Both the position numbers and the translations under genes were made by a program. A stretch of 56,228 nucleotides of DNA from Bigelowiella natans CCMP2755. Its lineage: Eukaryota > Protista > Cercozoa. The DNA lies in assembly GCA_000320545.1 (NCBI GenBank), contig ADNK01001093.1, positions 1 through 56,228 on the forward strand. Reading direction: 5' to 3'. Positions 53,591 to 56,228 of this stretch are shown here, in pieces; the stretch's first letter is position 1, and every line of letters begins with the position of its first letter. Under the pieces are notes generated by a model. That model did not search any database, was not told where the DNA came from, and saw nothing but the letters and a program-made list of their open reading frames with translations.

Positions 53591-56228
53591 ATGGGGGCGC
53601 TAACCCCCGGTACGAGGCGGTGCTCCTCCGCCCTATCCCCACTCTTTCTTCCATTTTCCCTAGCGATGTGGTTCGTTGTGAGTTCCCTTGTCTGCCCCCT
53701 CCCCTCCTCTCTTTCTGCGGCACCTTCCCGCCCGCGCCATCCGAGGTCACTCCCGCTACTATTCCGAAGCGAGAGATCCAACCTTCTTCAAAAGCGACCC
53801 CGCCATCCCCACGGCACTGCCGGATTATGTGGAGGGGGAAGGCTCTCGTTGGGATCGAAGGGCGTGGGAGGAAGCTTCGACGGGGATGTGGATAGCTTTG
53901 TCTCAGATCTGCTGGAGCGTGTGCAGAGCCGGCACAGGTCGCTCGCCATCGTCCGAATTCCGGAGGGCTGTGCATCCTGGCAATTTGCGCGTCAAATAGT
54001 TGACTCATTTGGGGCTCTGCTCACCCGTGTGGAGACGGCTGTGGCGGCGAAAGCGTTGGACGGAGGACAGCCACCCTCGCAAGGTGCAACGAAGGATGAC
54101 GAGAAAAATCACAAGGCAGTAGTGTGGTGCTGCTCGTCCTCCCCTTCTTCCTCGTCAGGAGGATTACATCATGAATCAACAGAAGATGATGCGTCGTCTT
54201 CTCCATGCGCGCGCCTTGCCAGAGTATTAAAGGCTCAGGTCTCGTGTGGCCATACCGAAATCGTCGACTATGTGCACTCGCAACGGATTCTCGGCAGCTC
54301 TGTTAAGCTCCTTGTGCGTGATATGCTGCTGCTGCTGCTGCTGCTGCTGTTGTCGTCGTCCGTTGTTGCTGCTGCCTCTGCGTGTTTCGTGTACACACAA
54401 ATGGTATGAAATCATTTGCGAAGGCTTCTGCCTCTTTTTCCCAAATCCATTCGTCTTCCTTAGCAGCCTTTGTATCCGCCGTAGGTTCTCAGCGAGCTGT
54501 GCGACATAACACCAAACATTCTCCTCCAAGTGACTGAAACAGTGGTTGGGGGTGGGTTAGTGCTCCTCGTGTCAAGCGGAAGTAGGGATGGTGTTGGCCG
54601 CAAAAGCTGTGGCAGCGGTGCAGCGAATAATGCGACTGTATCGCGCCCAGCCCCGACCTCCTTGTCGTCACAAAGCAGCCTGCAAGAGCTTGGAATATTT
54701 GCAAATCTCCACAGGTCAATTGATCTACACGGCGTGCATTCTAGTATTCTTCCGCCGTATTATTCTTATCATCGCCATCATCGCAGTAGCCATTATTATT
54801 CGCTGCATGATCCTTTCTATCAATATCTCTACTGAATCGAGCAGCTGGTCAATCCAAGATAACATCGCACTCGTTTCCATCCTTCCGCTTCTAACTTCTC
54901 TCTCTTCTTTCTCATTTCAGGAAATTTGTCAACCCCGACGGGAAGGAAGCCCGGTCTGCCACTCATTCGCTCTTCGCAGAAAGGTGTTGTTCTTGTTGTC
55001 ATGTATTGGTGACGTTGTTCTCGTTGACGGTGGTGACGGTGGTAGTTGTTTTCACACTGCCTCTGCTACTTGATAGCCGTGTCCCTTTCCTCCCCTTCAT
55101 CATCATCATCATCATCATCCCCACCATCATCGCCCCCGTCTTGTAAACATCGCCAGGTTCCATTCTGTGGTATTGGGTGGAGCAAAAGGGGCGGGGGTGT
55201 TTCGCATCGGGGCGGACACGCTCGGTCGGCTCAGCCAAGCGCGTGTCACGATGAGAACGGCGATGAAAGCGACAACGACGAAGACGCCGTCTAGAAAAGC
55301 AAACGATGATGATGATGATGATGATGATTATAAGGGCACCACTGTTGGTGATAATGTTCAGAGAGCGGCAGCATCAATGCCATCACCACGGCCGACTACT
55401 ACACCACCCTTCGTCATCGCGCCGTCCAAAGCGGCCACATTCACAGCATCGCAGGCCTATGCTCTCCGGGTTCTTGTGAACAGAACGCTCGCTTCGATGG
55501 CATCCTCGTCATCGCCGATTTCAACAAAAACGACGGCCCTGACCGCGGGTGCACCGAAGAGGGTCAAAACCGATGTCAAAAAGGAAGAATATAGCGAGAA
55601 GAAGGAGGCGGGGGAGGAGCATGAGGATGCGAATGAGGAAGATTCTTCGAGAAATGATGGCAGCAGCGGCGGCGCGGGGGACATGTGCTTTTTCCTTTCT
55701 GGTCCCAGAGGCCGCGGGAAATCATATACAATCGGTGCAGTAATATCCCGAGAAATTAGAAATTATTTCACAGCAGCGCGGAAGCGACCCCTCCCACATT
55801 CAGCTACAATCCTCATTCTCGTTCTCATCTTTTTCTTCCTCCTCCTTCTCTTTCTACTACCTTCTTCTATGCTTATTATTCTCCAAAGGGTGTGGTCTTG
55901 CTCATCTGTGGTATTATCATAACCATCATCATCATCAGCAGCAGCAGCAGCGAAGGCCTGCAATAACTGCCTGGATCGTCGCTCCCAACATTGCAAATGC
56001 ACAGGCAGCTTTCCATGCACTTGGAGAGACACTGGAGCAGATGATCATGAGGATAAGGAGGAGGAGGACCACGGGGGGGGGGGCGACACCACTGAGAGAA
56101 GGCAGCAGCAGCTATGCGTACAACATCCACAGGGCTACTACTTCAATAACTTCAACGGCCACTTCAAAGAAGAGTAGGAAGGAAGGGGCCAGTCGTCGCC
56201 TTTGCCACTCACTTGCGCTGATGACGCA
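53591..56228 (+). CDS. NAT10: Highly divergent NAT10/Kre33/TmcA-family RNA cytidine acetyltransferase homologue (5' part; continues beyond the window)
   Basis: Family motifs appear in the correct order: LLERVQSRHRSLAIV, AVVWC, RILGSSVKLL-VLSELCDITPNILLQVTETVVGGGLVLLV, TASQAYAL, FLSGPRGRGKSYTI-GCGLA...AWIVAPNIANAQAAF (helicase P-loop at 55701-55724). The start position and orthology are uncertain. Confidence 0.72.

Overview
Intron-rich eukaryotic (protist) nuclear DNA with microsatellite-laden GT-AG introns. A chlorarachniophyte/rhizarian-like host is only an impression from style and is not established. Manual exon tracing gives ten genes: a long ankyrin-repeat protein (+, 5' end probably outside the window), an SH3 protein with an unrecognised ~60-65 aa repeat (+), NFU1 (-), a nearly intronless ankyrin protein (-), a HAD hydrolase (+), ethanolamine-phosphate cytidylyltransferase (-), a DHHC palmitoyltransferase (+), an orphan GNAT-like protein in an AT-rich island (-), tubulin cofactor B (+) and IFT139/TTC21B (-). 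An eleventh gene, a very divergent NAT10/TmcA-like acetyltransferase (+), runs off the end. Most ORFs in the supplied track are microsatellite or compositional artefacts. The most striking signal is non-coding: two intergenic tracts (7513-8003 and 17481-18267) have lost almost every TpA dinucleotide except those inside CTAG, with a weaker tract at 36236-36558. This pattern fits a localised TA->TG/CA/CG hypermutation process, a 'reverse RIP'-like system, though the mechanism is inference.
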